DNA of 64,000 bases from positions 67,926 through 131,925 of the forward strand of contig CBDDKU010000029.1 of NCBI GenBank assembly GCA_965230375.1, written 5' to 3'. The DNA comes from Cryomorpha sp. (GTDB lineage: Bacteria > Bacteroidota > Bacteroidia > Flavobacteriales_D > Cryomorphaceae). Positions 27,216-36,044 of this stretch are shown one piece after another (positions within the stretch are counted from its first letter, which is position 1; each line of letters begins with the position of its first letter). The position numbers were made by a program, and so were the translations under genes. Below the pieces are notes generated by a model, which saw nothing but the letters and a program-made list of their open reading frames with translations, did not search any database and had not been told where the DNA came from.

Positions 27216-28264
27216 TGAAACAAGCTACCTGGCACAAGCACACATTAATTTTCGATCGTCCTCGTGGAACTTCACGCGGATCTTTTACAGAAAAGCCAAG
27301 TTGGTTTATTGCCATTTCAGATCCTGGAACCGGTCGATTTGGAATAGGTGAATGTGGATTGCTACCGGGCCTCTCTATTGATGACCGGCCTGGGTATGAA
27401 GAAACGCTCGATCGAATTGTCGAATCTATTAACCAAAACAAGTCCATGCCCCAATTGCACGGGTGGCCTTCTATCCGATTCGGGCTTGAAATGGCCGAAG
27501 CGCATTTTGAGAGTGGAGATTTGAATCAACTTTTGGATAATCCGGTTTCAAGTGGACTCAAAACGATTCCGATCAACGGTTTGGTTTGGATGGGTAATCA
27601 CGCCGATATGAAGGCGCAAATCACAGAAAAGATTGACCAGGGTTTCACGACAATAAAGCTCAAGATTGGAGCAATCGATTTTGAAGAAGAGCTCAATCTA
27701 CTGAGTGGGATTCGAAATGAATTCTCAAAAAACGACATTACTGTTCGAGTGGATGCCAACGGTGCCTTTGCGCCTGACGATGCTTTGACTAAACTGCATC
27801 AATTGGCAGAATATGATATTCATTCGATCGAGCAGCCCATCAGACAAGGCCAGTGGGAAGAAATGGCTCGGATTTGCGAAAACACGCCAATAGACATTGC
27901 CTTAGACGAAGAATTGATCGGTGTCGAATTCAGTGAGAAGCGAAAGAAAATGATCGAGACCATTAAACCGCAAGCGATCATTCTGAAACCGACCTTGGTC
28001 GGTGGGTGGAAGGACTCCGATGAGTGGATCGAGATCGCTGAAAATGCTGGTGCTTATTGGTGGATGACTTCCGCTTTAGAGAGCAATATTGGATTGAACG
28101 CCATTGCTCAATACACGGCATCAAAAAAGGCGATTATTCCACAAGGACTAGGAACGGGCATGCTTTACACCAACAATATTGACTCGCCTATGGTCATTGA
28201 AAAGGGACATTTGAAGTATCTTCGAACAAAGCCATGGCAGCTCCCGACTCAATGGACAAGCTAG
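27215..28264 (+). CDS. menC: o-succinylbenzoate synthase (enolase superfamily)
   Basis: Features: TIKLKIG, VRVDANGAF, SIEQP and ALDEEL metal and catalytic motifs. The ATG overlaps the menA stop (TGATG). Confidence 0.85.
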   Translation: MKQATWHKHTLIFDRPRGTSRGSFTEKPSWFIAISDPGTGRFGIGECGLLPGLSIDDRPGYEETLDRIVESINQNKSMPQLHGWPSIRFGLEMAEAHFESGDLNQLLDNPVSSGLKTIPINGLVWMGNHADMKAQITEKIDQGFTTIKLKIGAIDFEEELNLLSGIRNEFSKNDITVRVDANGAFAPDDALTKLHQLAEYDIHSIEQPIRQGQWEEMARICENTPIDIALDEELIGVEFSEKRKKMIETIKPQAIILKPTLVGGWKDSDEWIEIAENAGAYWWMTSALESNIGLNAIAQYTASKKAIIPQGLGTGMLYTNNIDSPMVIEKGHLKYLRTKPWQLPTQWTS

Positions 28265-29280
28265 ATCATCAATCGTATGACGGAATAATCCTAAACGGAA
28301 CGTTTTATCCAAAGTCTAGTTTGGAAATACACGACTCCGATGTATTTCGCTTTGCGGCTCAGTTTTTTGATGACAGCACATCCTTAACCGTTCACAGTTC
28401 GGGCTCTACCGGGAAGCCAAAGGCCATGGAGTTTCCTAAATCGGCGCTGATACAGTCAGCCCTAGCTACAATTGAATTCTTTGGTTTAGGGCCTAATACT
28501 AAAGCTGGGCTTTTTCTCCCGTTGAGTTTTATCGCGGGAAAAATGATGGTTATCCGGGCCATAGTTGGAGGATTTGATCTTCACATTCATTCACCCAGTT
28601 CAGCGCCACTAAGTGGCGAAATCGACTTTGATTTTATCCCTTTAACTCCCCATCAATTGGATGGGTGTATAGATCAAATCGAAGCCCCAAAAACCACCTT
28701 TTTGATAGGTGGTGGGTCGATGAGCCCAAAACTTATTCAAAAGGCGTTGTATAAAAACCTACATGTGTTTGCCAGTTTCGGTATGACCGAAACGCTGACG
28801 CATTTTGCCCTGGCAAAAGTTCGAGAAGGCGGTCTCACTTACCAGCCGCTGAAAGGTGTGGAAATCGATGTAGATGATGACTCCGCTCTTAGAATAAACT
28901 GGCCGGGAATCACAGATGGTTGGATTCAGACTAACGACCTAATTCAACGTGAAAACTTGGGCTTTAGGTGGTTGGGACGACGCGACAACCTAATTAATTC
29001 TGGTGGTGTAAAATTGATTCCAGAGCGACTCGAATCCAGACTCGAAGGCTCTATCACAAATTCCTTTTTTATCGCAGGTATGCCAGATGATAGACTCGGT
29101 CAACGCGTTGTGCTGTTTACCGAAGGAAAAGTCGATGATTTGGACCTATCAACTATCGAGTGGGAATCTCCAATTCATAAGCCACGTGAGGTAATTGAAC
29201 TGGATAGGTTTTTATACACAGAATCGGGAAAGATAAGACGCAGCGCTACGGCTGACGCCTACTTAAAAAATAAGGGTTAG
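28234..29280 (+). CDS. menE: o-succinylbenzoate-CoA ligase (AMP-binding enzyme)
   Basis: 348 aa with HSSGSTGKPK, FGMTET and SGGVKL motifs. The start is 28234 or 28252. Confidence 0.8.
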   Translation: MAAPDSMDKLDHQSYDGIILNGTFYPKSSLEIHDSDVFRFAAQFFDDSTSLTVHSSGSTGKPKAMEFPKSALIQSALATIEFFGLGPNTKAGLFLPLSFIAGKMMVIRAIVGGFDLHIHSPSSAPLSGEIDFDFIPLTPHQLDGCIDQIEAPKTTFLIGGGSMSPKLIQKALYKNLHVFASFGMTETLTHFALAKVREGGLTYQPLKGVEIDVDDDSALRINWPGITDGWIQTNDLIQRENLGFRWLGRRDNLINSGGVKLIPERLESRLEGSITNSFFIAGMPDDRLGQRVVLFTEGKVDDLDLSTIEWESPIHKPREVIELDRFLYTESGKIRRSATADAYLKNKG

Positions 29281-30305
29281 TCTTGTCGATGGCTAATATA
29301 GTCGCGCCATCTACCAATCACAGCTTGAAAGTTTTCAGGTAGATCAGCTTCAAACTTCATACGCTCTTTTGTAACCGGATGAGTCAATTCGAGCATTCGA
29401 GCGTGCAGAGCCTGGTATGGAAGAACATTGAAATTATTGATCACAAACTGCTTGTATTTGCTAAATGTGGTTCCCTTCAATATCTTGTTTCCACCGTACT
29501 CCGGATCATTAAAAAGTGGGTGGCCAATAAACTTCATGTGAGCGCGAATCTGGTGAGTTCTTCCGGTTTCGAGCTTACACTCAACAAGCGTCACGTAGTT
29601 GAGGCGTTCCAACACTTTGTAATGCGTCACCGCATGCTTTCCGTGGTCACCTTCCGGGAATACCGACATCACCTTCCGGTTCTTCAAGGACCTTCCAATA
29701 TTGCCTTCAACGGTTCCATCTTCAGAAATATCTCCCCAAGCCAAGGCGACATACCTTCTATCGGTAGTGCGCTCAAAAAACTGAAGCGAAAGATCTGTCA
29801 GAGCCTGCTCTGTTTTGGCGATGACCATCACGCCAGTGGTGTTTTTGTCCAATCGATGTACCAGCCCAGGTCTGTTCGGAATTCCTCCTTCCTGCTCTGG
29901 CAAATGATCGAAGTGGTGAACAAGGGCATTGACCAAAGTCCCTCTGTAGTTTCCATACCCAGGATGTACCACCATGCCCGCGGGCTTATTTACAATGATC
30001 AGCGTGTCGTCTTCGTAAAGTATTTCGATCGGAATATCTTCAGGAATGAGCTCTATCTCGCGTTGCGGATATGGCAAAACAATTGACACTTCATCACCAG
30101 GCTTAACTTTATAGTTGGCTTTTACCTTCTGCCCATCTACCTGAATATTTCCATTCGTAGCGGCTTCCTGAATTTTTGTTCGGGAAGTATTGGGCACTCG
30201 ATCCATCAGAAACTTGTCTATTCGCAATAACTCTTGACCAGCATCTGCCTTTATCTTGTAATGCTCGTATAATACTTCGTCCTCTGGCTCCTCGGCTTCC
30301 CTCAT
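29277..30305 (-). CDS. rluD: RluA-family 23S rRNA pseudouridine synthase (RluD-like, with S4 domain)
   Basis: 342 aa with an N-terminal S4-like region, HRLDKNTTGVMV (catalytic Asp) and GRTHQIRAH. Confidence 0.9.
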   Translation of the reverse strand: MREAEEPEDEVLYEHYKIKADAGQELLRIDKFLMDRVPNTSRTKIQEAATNGNIQVDGQKVKANYKVKPGDEVSIVLPYPQREIELIPEDIPIEILYEDDTLIIVNKPAGMVVHPGYGNYRGTLVNALVHHFDHLPEQEGGIPNRPGLVHRLDKNTTGVMVIAKTEQALTDLSLQFFERTTDRRYVALAWGDISEDGTVEGNIGRSLKNRKVMSVFPEGDHGKHAVTHYKVLERLNYVTLVECKLETGRTHQIRAHMKFIGHPLFNDPEYGGNKILKGTTFSKYKQFVINNFNVLPYQALHARMLELTHPVTKERMKFEADLPENFQAVIGRWRDYISHRQD

Positions 30306-30306
30306 C

Positions 30307-32178
30307 CTAGTGATTTACTATCCACTTTTTCACACCTCTATTACCAAAATCATCCTCAATAATCAGGAGGTAAACCCCATTTTCAAAAGATGAAACAGAT
30401 CTCTGTACACTCCCTCTAAACTGAAACGAATCGAGCATGCGTCCGCTGATGTCGTAAACGCGACCAACAAGCATTCCTTCTTGATCAGTATTTATATTGA
30501 GCACATCTCGTGCTGGGTTCGGATAGACTTTCACTTGATCAGAAAAATCGACAAAATCGGTTTTGGTAACCAAATCTTCGTACCCATTTGAAGTAAACAT
30601 TGGGCGGATCATGACAGAACCAGGTATGCTCGAAGCTTGCCAAAACCCTTCATTGTAGAAAAGATTCCCATCGTTTCCTTCTGTATTGAAATCAATACCA
30701 ATGCGAATTCCATTTTCTTGATTGCTTTGTTGATAACCAACAAAGATGCTTCCTGAGGGAATGAAAACCGCCGAATCAAATTGATAAATAATCGATTGCT
30801 GGTAAGATTCTACTCCGTGCTCCACGTTGCGTAGACTTTCTGAAATGACATCTCCTGGTTCTCCGTTTTCGTCTTCCCAAATTGTCACAGTTATCGGCGT
30901 CCCTTCGTAATCATATCCAAATGGCATGGTATAAATTTCAAGCGCCCAAATGCTATCCGATTTCATCACATCATAGCGCAGTGCTACATCAGCACCTGCT
31001 GATGGTATTGCATATGACGCTTCAGCAGAACCATCATCGTAAGCATAATGCGTAAAAAACTTCTGATGAAAGCGCATGGTGTCATTGCTCGCCGTTAAGT
31101 TGAAATCGGCTACATCATGTATAAACTGAACTTCATAGTCAAGTTCGGTATCGCTTGTACTTGGATCGTAAACGATACTATTCGGAGATGAATCAATACT
31201 GTGCTCGTATTCTAGTGTTGAGCCAGCAGGCACCGCTGGGTTTGATGGATTCAAATGATCTTCCATCACAGTTCCCGTAAGCGCATCAATAACCCGCACT
31301 TTGTTTCCTTGTAGGGTACGCGGAACGTCGTTTAAGTTTCGATATAAAACATTCACCGCATCTATCATTTGTGAAGCAGGGTCTTCTGCGAAGTGATCGC
31401 GTGGAATAGCTGTGTAATTATTCAAAAGTGAATGCTCTTGCTTGGCAAAGGCCACATCGTCAATAATCTCTGAGCTATTATTACTGTTGATGTCCAGCCA
31501 TACATAATCCACATTCCAGGTATCAAGAGCTCCCTGCAATCTTGCATAGTTTCTAAACCGGAACTTAAATCCTTCTTTCAAATAGCGTGTTTGATTTATC
31601 CGGAGATATACAAAAGTAAATTCATCAGTACTGCTCAGATCATTAGTTGACCAAATCCAAAACCACTCATCCATCTCCGGTGCGTAAAACTCGAGTATGA
31701 GGGAATCATTAGAAGAAGGTGCTGTGTTCGGATGGGCATTTCCCTTTGGTTGGTAGTAAAAACTTATGCCGTAATCGTCTTGAATATCTCCTTCCAAATT
31801 AATTGGGCAAGATGTTAAAGTGTCTGCCGGTCCTGCATTGCCAATTTCCCAGTCGTATGGGTAACCGAACTCGTCTGCGCCATCAAAACTGACCGCACCA
31901 ACCGTCGGTGGATTCAAAGGCCAGCCGTTGTTTCTAGTCGCTTGTCTTCCTTCCCACAGCACTTGATACCCACCCTCGTTGCCTGAGAAACGATCGACAG
32001 AAAAATCATCGATAAAAGGAAGCTCGAGCATTACATCGTCTTTTTGCTGTTGCTCAGCAATCCCACGCTTGACCAGCTTTTGGTCAATGTTGGTACCGAA
32101 GGTAGCCGGGTAAATCATTTCCTGGGCAAATGATATTTGCGCCAAGATTGCTCCAATAATTACTAGTCTCCATTTCAT
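30307..32178 (-). CDS. Secreted protein of unknown function with a T9SS type-A C-terminal sorting domain
   Basis: 623 aa with a signal peptide (QISFAQ). The last 75 aa (nt 30310-30534), VKVYPNPARDVLNI...VYDISGRML...GVYLLII...K, fit the type-A Por CTD pattern. I recognise no catalytic motif in the N-terminal roughly 540 aa. Confidence 0.75.
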   Translation of the reverse strand: MKWRLVIIGAILAQISFAQEMIYPATFGTNIDQKLVKRGIAEQQQKDDVMLELPFIDDFSVDRFSGNEGGYQVLWEGRQATRNNGWPLNPPTVGAVSFDGADEFGYPYDWEIGNAGPADTLTSCPINLEGDIQDDYGISFYYQPKGNAHPNTAPSSNDSLILEFYAPEMDEWFWIWSTNDLSSTDEFTFVYLRINQTRYLKEGFKFRFRNYARLQGALDTWNVDYVWLDINSNNSSEIIDDVAFAKQEHSLLNNYTAIPRDHFAEDPASQMIDAVNVLYRNLNDVPRTLQGNKVRVIDALTGTVMEDHLNPSNPAVPAGSTLEYEHSIDSSPNSIVYDPSTSDTELDYEVQFIHDVADFNLTASNDTMRFHQKFFTHYAYDDGSAEASYAIPSAGADVALRYDVMKSDSIWALEIYTMPFGYDYEGTPITVTIWEDENGEPGDVISESLRNVEHGVESYQQSIIYQFDSAVFIPSGSIFVGYQQSNQENGIRIGIDFNTEGNDGNLFYNEGFWQASSIPGSVMIRPMFTSNGYEDLVTKTDFVDFSDQVKVYPNPARDVLNINTDQEGMLVGRVYDISGRMLDSFQFRGSVQRSVSSFENGVYLLIIEDDFGNRGVKKWIVNH

Positions 32179-32993
32179 AGTTGTGCAGTTGTATCTTTAT
32201 AAGACCTCAGCGATTTAGCTGCAGCCGTATCTGTTGTCAAGTAAACGTCAATAAAGGAACCAAGCTTCACCTCATCGCCGCTATTTGGCGTTTGGTTAAG
32301 AATGTACCCTTTCAGTGTATCTTCTTCTGTTTCGCAACCATTGCAATAAATGATGGCTCCCATATTGAGTGAAAGGCCACTTAGCAGTTCACGTGCATCG
32401 GTATAAGTGATTCCCGCAATATCTGGAACCGTTGTACGCACATTACTCTGGCGCCCGAGAATCAGACTTATTTTCTCACCTTTTCTCAACTCCTCTCCTG
32501 CTTCGATGGGTTTTCCTTGATAAATGAGCCCCAAAACACAATCAGTACACGACTCATCGGGTTGATATTTCAACTCATCAAGGGATAATCCAGCTATTTC
32601 AATCAAAGGAATGGCAATTCGTCTGGACTTGCCTTCCAAGTCTGGTACTTGTACCATTTCCGGTAGCAGACTGTTTACCGTCAAAAATATTGTACGCCCT
32701 TCCTTCACCTTAATTCCCCCACTTGGGTTTTGACTTACAATGCTTCCTCTGTCGATCACATCGCTATACACGCTATCTGTAATCTCGTATGTCAGTCCCA
32801 GATTGAGCAACTCTTGTTCTATATCTGAGATTTGCATCCCTTCGATAGCCGGCACTTCAATAGCCTCACCGTGATCTGTATAAGTGTTGGCCCATAACAA
32901 AACCAGATACACAGATGCTGATATGACGATCAGAATGAGCGCTACGTGCATCCAAAATCTGCCGTTTATCAAAAGCCTAAATAAATTTTTCAT
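32175..32993 (-). CDS. PASTA domain-containing membrane protein
   Basis: 272 aa with one N-terminal TM helix followed by three PASTA-like units (VPAIEGMQISDIEQELLNLGL..., VPDLEGKSRRIAIPLIEIAGL..., VPDIAGITYTDARELLSGLSL...). Confidence 0.8.
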   Translation of the reverse strand: MKNLFRLLINGRFWMHVALILIVISASVYLVLLWANTYTDHGEAIEVPAIEGMQISDIEQELLNLGLTYEITDSVYSDVIDRGSIVSQNPSGGIKVKEGRTIFLTVNSLLPEMVQVPDLEGKSRRIAIPLIEIAGLSLDELKYQPDESCTDCVLGLIYQGKPIEAGEELRKGEKISLILGRQSNVRTTVPDIAGITYTDARELLSGLSLNMGAIIYCNGCETEEDTLKGYILNQTPNSGDEVKLGSFIDVYLTTDTAAAKSLRSYKDTTAQL

Positions 32994-33170
32994 GTATTCT
33001 CTGTCAACCCCGCAAAGATAGCCATCAAAGCTAAAATCTTATTTCTGATTAACGGAATCATCATCAGTTTATTGCCAATATGCCTTTTGTGGATGGATGC
33101 AAAATTTAATTCACAATGTCGGTGTCAATTCTTCGCTAGCTGCCGTTAATACTCTGGCAGAACTTAGGCC

Positions 33171-33178
33171 TATATTTG
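33171..33178 (+). promoter_or_regulatory. Candidate -7 promoter box (TAnnTTTG) for ddl
   Basis: TATATTTG ends 7 nt before the ddl ATG at 33186, implying a leaderless or near-leaderless mRNA. No -33 TTG was seen. Confidence 0.3.
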
Positions 33179-33185
33179 ACATTAA

Positions 33186-34172
33186 ATGGATAAGAAATTG
33201 AAAGTAGGAATCATCTGTGGAGGCTTTTCTGGTGAATCAGTGATATCGATGAAAAGTGCTCAAATGATCTTGGAGAACATAGATCGCGAAAAGTATGATC
33301 CGCGGCTGATGCGAATAGATGAGAACGGCTGGGTAGGTATCGGAGAATCTGGGGATGCAACGATCGACAAAAATGACTTCAGCTTTCAAGATGGGGCTCA
33401 ACGATTTAAGCCAGATATTAGCTTCAATATGATTCACGGAACACCTGGTGAAGATGGAAAACTTCAGGGGTACTTCGACTTGATCAACATGCCCTACACC
33501 AGTGGCGATGTGCTGAATAGTTCAATCACTTTTCACAAAATTACCACGACACGTGTCATGCGAATGATGGGAATAAACGTGGCTCAAGGGATTTTGGTGA
33601 ACCACCCTGATGAACTTTCGGTTAGCGAAGTTTCAAGCAAATTGGGGTATCCATTGTTTGTCAAACCAAATGAAGGTGGTTCGAGTCTTGGAATCTCGAA
33701 AGTAAAGCAAGAAGGCGAATTAGAAGAAGCCGTTAAAAAGGCTCATAGTGTAGGTGGTGCAGTCCTGATAGAAGAATATTTAGAAGGCGGTGAATACACA
33801 TGCGGTATTGTGCAGACTCCTGAAGGACCACGAGCCTTAGAGATTACAGAGATCAGGACGAAAAAGGAGTTTTTCGACTATGCAGCTAAGTACGATTACG
33901 ATCAGACTGAAGAGATTACGCCAGCTGATTTGCCGCCCGACTTGTACAAAAAGTGCCAGCGTATCTCGAAAGAGATTTTTACAGCTTTTATGTGCCGAGG
34001 GTTTGCAAGAGTAGATTATAAGTTGAAGGGGGATGAATTTTACCCTATTGAAATCAACACCGTACCTGGAATGAGTGACAAAAGTCTTGTACCACAACAA
34101 GCGGAAGCAGCAGGGATTTCTAAGAAAGAATTGATCACAATGATCATTGAAGCAACGATGCCTAAGCGGTAG
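33186..34172 (+). CDS. ddl: D-alanine--D-alanine ligase
   Basis: 328 aa. Features: GGFSGESVIS, HGTPGEDGKLQG, PLFVKPNEGGSS.G and EINT.PGM. Confidence 0.95.
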   Translation: MDKKLKVGIICGGFSGESVISMKSAQMILENIDREKYDPRLMRIDENGWVGIGESGDATIDKNDFSFQDGAQRFKPDISFNMIHGTPGEDGKLQGYFDLINMPYTSGDVLNSSITFHKITTTRVMRMMGINVAQGILVNHPDELSVSEVSSKLGYPLFVKPNEGGSSLGISKVKQEGELEEAVKKAHSVGGAVLIEEYLEGGEYTCGIVQTPEGPRALEITEIRTKKEFFDYAAKYDYDQTEEITPADLPPDLYKKCQRISKEIFTAFMCRGFARVDYKLKGDEFYPIEINTVPGMSDKSLVPQQAEAAGISKKELITMIIEATMPKR

Positions 34173-34743
34173 CGAGACCCTTAACGTGATCTACAAGCTT
34201 TTTTAGTGCCCTTACACGGTGATTCATTCGGCCCTTTTCTTCCATCGTCATCTCGGCAAACGTTCTCTTATCGCCAGTGGGAATGAAAATAGGGTCGTAT
34301 CCAAAACCTTGGCTACCAGAAATTTCATTGGCAATCTCACCTTCTACAACACCTTCAAATAGAGTTTGGTCTTCGGATGTAATGAATGAAATGACCGTTC
34401 TAAATTGAGCGGAACGATTCTCGGCATCAATCATCTCATTCAAGACTTTTGACATATTGGCTTGCGGGTCTCTTTGTCCCGAATAGTGCGCCGTATGAAC
34501 ACCTGGTCTTCCACCCAATGCTTCAATCTCCAAACCAGTATCATCTGCAAAAACAGGGGTTTTAAAACGATCAAAAATATATTGAGCCTTCTGGTGTGCA
34601 TTGTGTTCGAGCGTTTCACCTGTCTCTGGTATCTCTCCTTCAAAACCGGCTTCATTCAATGAAATCAGCTCAAACCCATCACCAAGAGCTTTGCGCATCT
34701 CAGCAAGTTTATTCGGATTGTTACTGGCAAAAATTATCTTCAT
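34162..34743 (-). CDS. rdgB: Non-canonical purine NTP pyrophosphatase (RdgB/HAM1 family)
   Basis: 193 aa. Features: IIFASNNPNKLAE, ADDTGLE, GGRPGV, GFGYDPIF and SHR-like NHRVRA. Confidence 0.9.
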   Translation of the reverse strand: MKIIFASNNPNKLAEMRKALGDGFELISLNEAGFEGEIPETGETLEHNAHQKAQYIFDRFKTPVFADDTGLEIEALGGRPGVHTAHYSGQRDPQANMSKVLNEMIDAENRSAQFRTVISFITSEDQTLFEGVVEGEIANEISGSQGFGYDPIFIPTGDKRTFAEMTMEEKGRMNHRVRALKKLVDHVKGLATA

Positions 34744-36044
34744 CAGCCTATAGATTTTAGGATCATTTCTTCGATCGACTTCAAATACTTGACCAAGTCC
34801 TTATTCCTTAATTTGAGTACAACCATCCTTATTTTTGTCAAGGCATATCGGTAAGGGAGTCTGAGTTCTCGAATGACCATAATGCTAAACGGAAAGAACA
34901 GAAGTAACCCGAGTATAACAAATGAAGTGCGAATAGAGCACATCATAGCCACAACCCCAAACACAAACATGAATATTGGGATGAGCACCAAGGCACCTAC
35001 CAATTTAATAGAGCTGTGAAACTGCTTATCTGCTACGTATCTATTTAGAATGCCGTGTATAATTAAGTAAGTAGGCAAATGAACAAGCCATGAGAGTAAA
35101 AACAACGGTAGAACAGCCAGAAGAAAGATAAACTGCACTGCCCAATATCCAATATCCTTTTCATTGATGAAAAAAAACGGCGCGCGCAGTTTGTTTTTGC
35201 GCATCTCGATATCGTAGATGTGAATCCGCTTCATATAGGACTCATTCTTACTCAATTCTACCAGCTTCTTCTCTCTGTTCTTGTAGAAATAGTGCTGTGC
35301 ATTTGCTTGGGTAAACCCGCTCTGTCTGCGCAGATAAAATGGCAGGATTCGCTCCAGCTCAATTTCCATGGGCTCCAATGCTTTATCATCAGCCACATGA
35401 ATAATCTCCTTCTCGAGTTTCTCTTGTACTTCCACTCGCAAAGCGGTCATAGCTTTGGCAGGGTTTTCTGCAAAAAGGTTTTTGTAATTATCTACAGGGA
35501 TAGGCTTCCCAAAATTGAGCATCAATCGAGAATGAGCTTCGGAATAGTGTCCATAATTCAACCCAACAGGAACTACCTTGATCTTCAAATGCTCATGATC
35601 TTTGAGTGCTCCAAATACAATTCTGGTAAACCCTTTGCTCAAAGGTCGGAGCTTTCGAATACCAAGATGTCCAGCTTCTGGAAATATCAACAGAGTTCCT
35701 TCGTTGCGGAGTATTTCGTAGCAGCGCTCGAAGACATCGTCGTTTTTGGCAAGATTTGAAATTCCATCGCGCTGCCGGTAGACAGGCATCATGTTTAGAG
35801 AATTGAAAAACCAGCAAGCAAACTTTGACTTAAAAACATCAGCCCGCACCAAAAAGTGAACCGGACGCGGGGCAAAGACTGCCGGAATCAAAGCGTCCAT
35901 AAAGGCATTTTGGTGGTTCGGTGCAAGCAATACGGGGCCATCTACCGGATAATCCCGATACCCTTGTATTTCAATCCGGCGATAGAAAAGCTTAATAGCT
36001 AATCGCACCCAGAACTTGACGAAACCGTACCAAATTTTTTGCAT
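34743..36044 (-). CDS. Lysophospholipid (1-acyl-sn-glycerol-3-phosphate-type) acyltransferase with a C-terminal multi-TM extension
   Basis: 433 aa. It has the NHQNAFMD (HX4D) acyltransferase motif, an FPEAG motif and hydrophobic helices in the last roughly 130 aa. It shares single-nucleotide stop/start overlaps with pheT (TAATG) and rdgB (TGATG). Confidence 0.75.
   Translation of the reverse strand: MQKIWYGFVKFWVRLAIKLFYRRIEIQGYRDYPVDGPVLLAPNHQNAFMDALIPAVFAPRPVHFLVRADVFKSKFACWFFNSLNMMPVYRQRDGISNLAKNDDVFERCYEILRNEGTLLIFPEAGHLGIRKLRPLSKGFTRIVFGALKDHEHLKIKVVPVGLNYGHYSEAHSRLMLNFGKPIPVDNYKNLFAENPAKAMTALRVEVQEKLEKEIIHVADDKALEPMEIELERILPFYLRRQSGFTQANAQHYFYKNREKKLVELSKNESYMKRIHIYDIEMRKNKLRAPFFFINEKDIGYWAVQFIFLLAVLPLFLLSWLVHLPTYLIIHGILNRYVADKQFHSSIKLVGALVLIPIFMFVFGVVAMMCSIRTSFVILGLLLFFPFSIMVIRELRLPYRYALTKIRMVVLKLRNKDLVKYLKSIEEMILKSIG

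Noticed and set aside
29379-30086. 235-aa plus-strand ORF antisense to rluD.
   Set aside because: It is a shadow ORF inside a gene with clear RluA-family motifs, and it has no recognisable features of its own.
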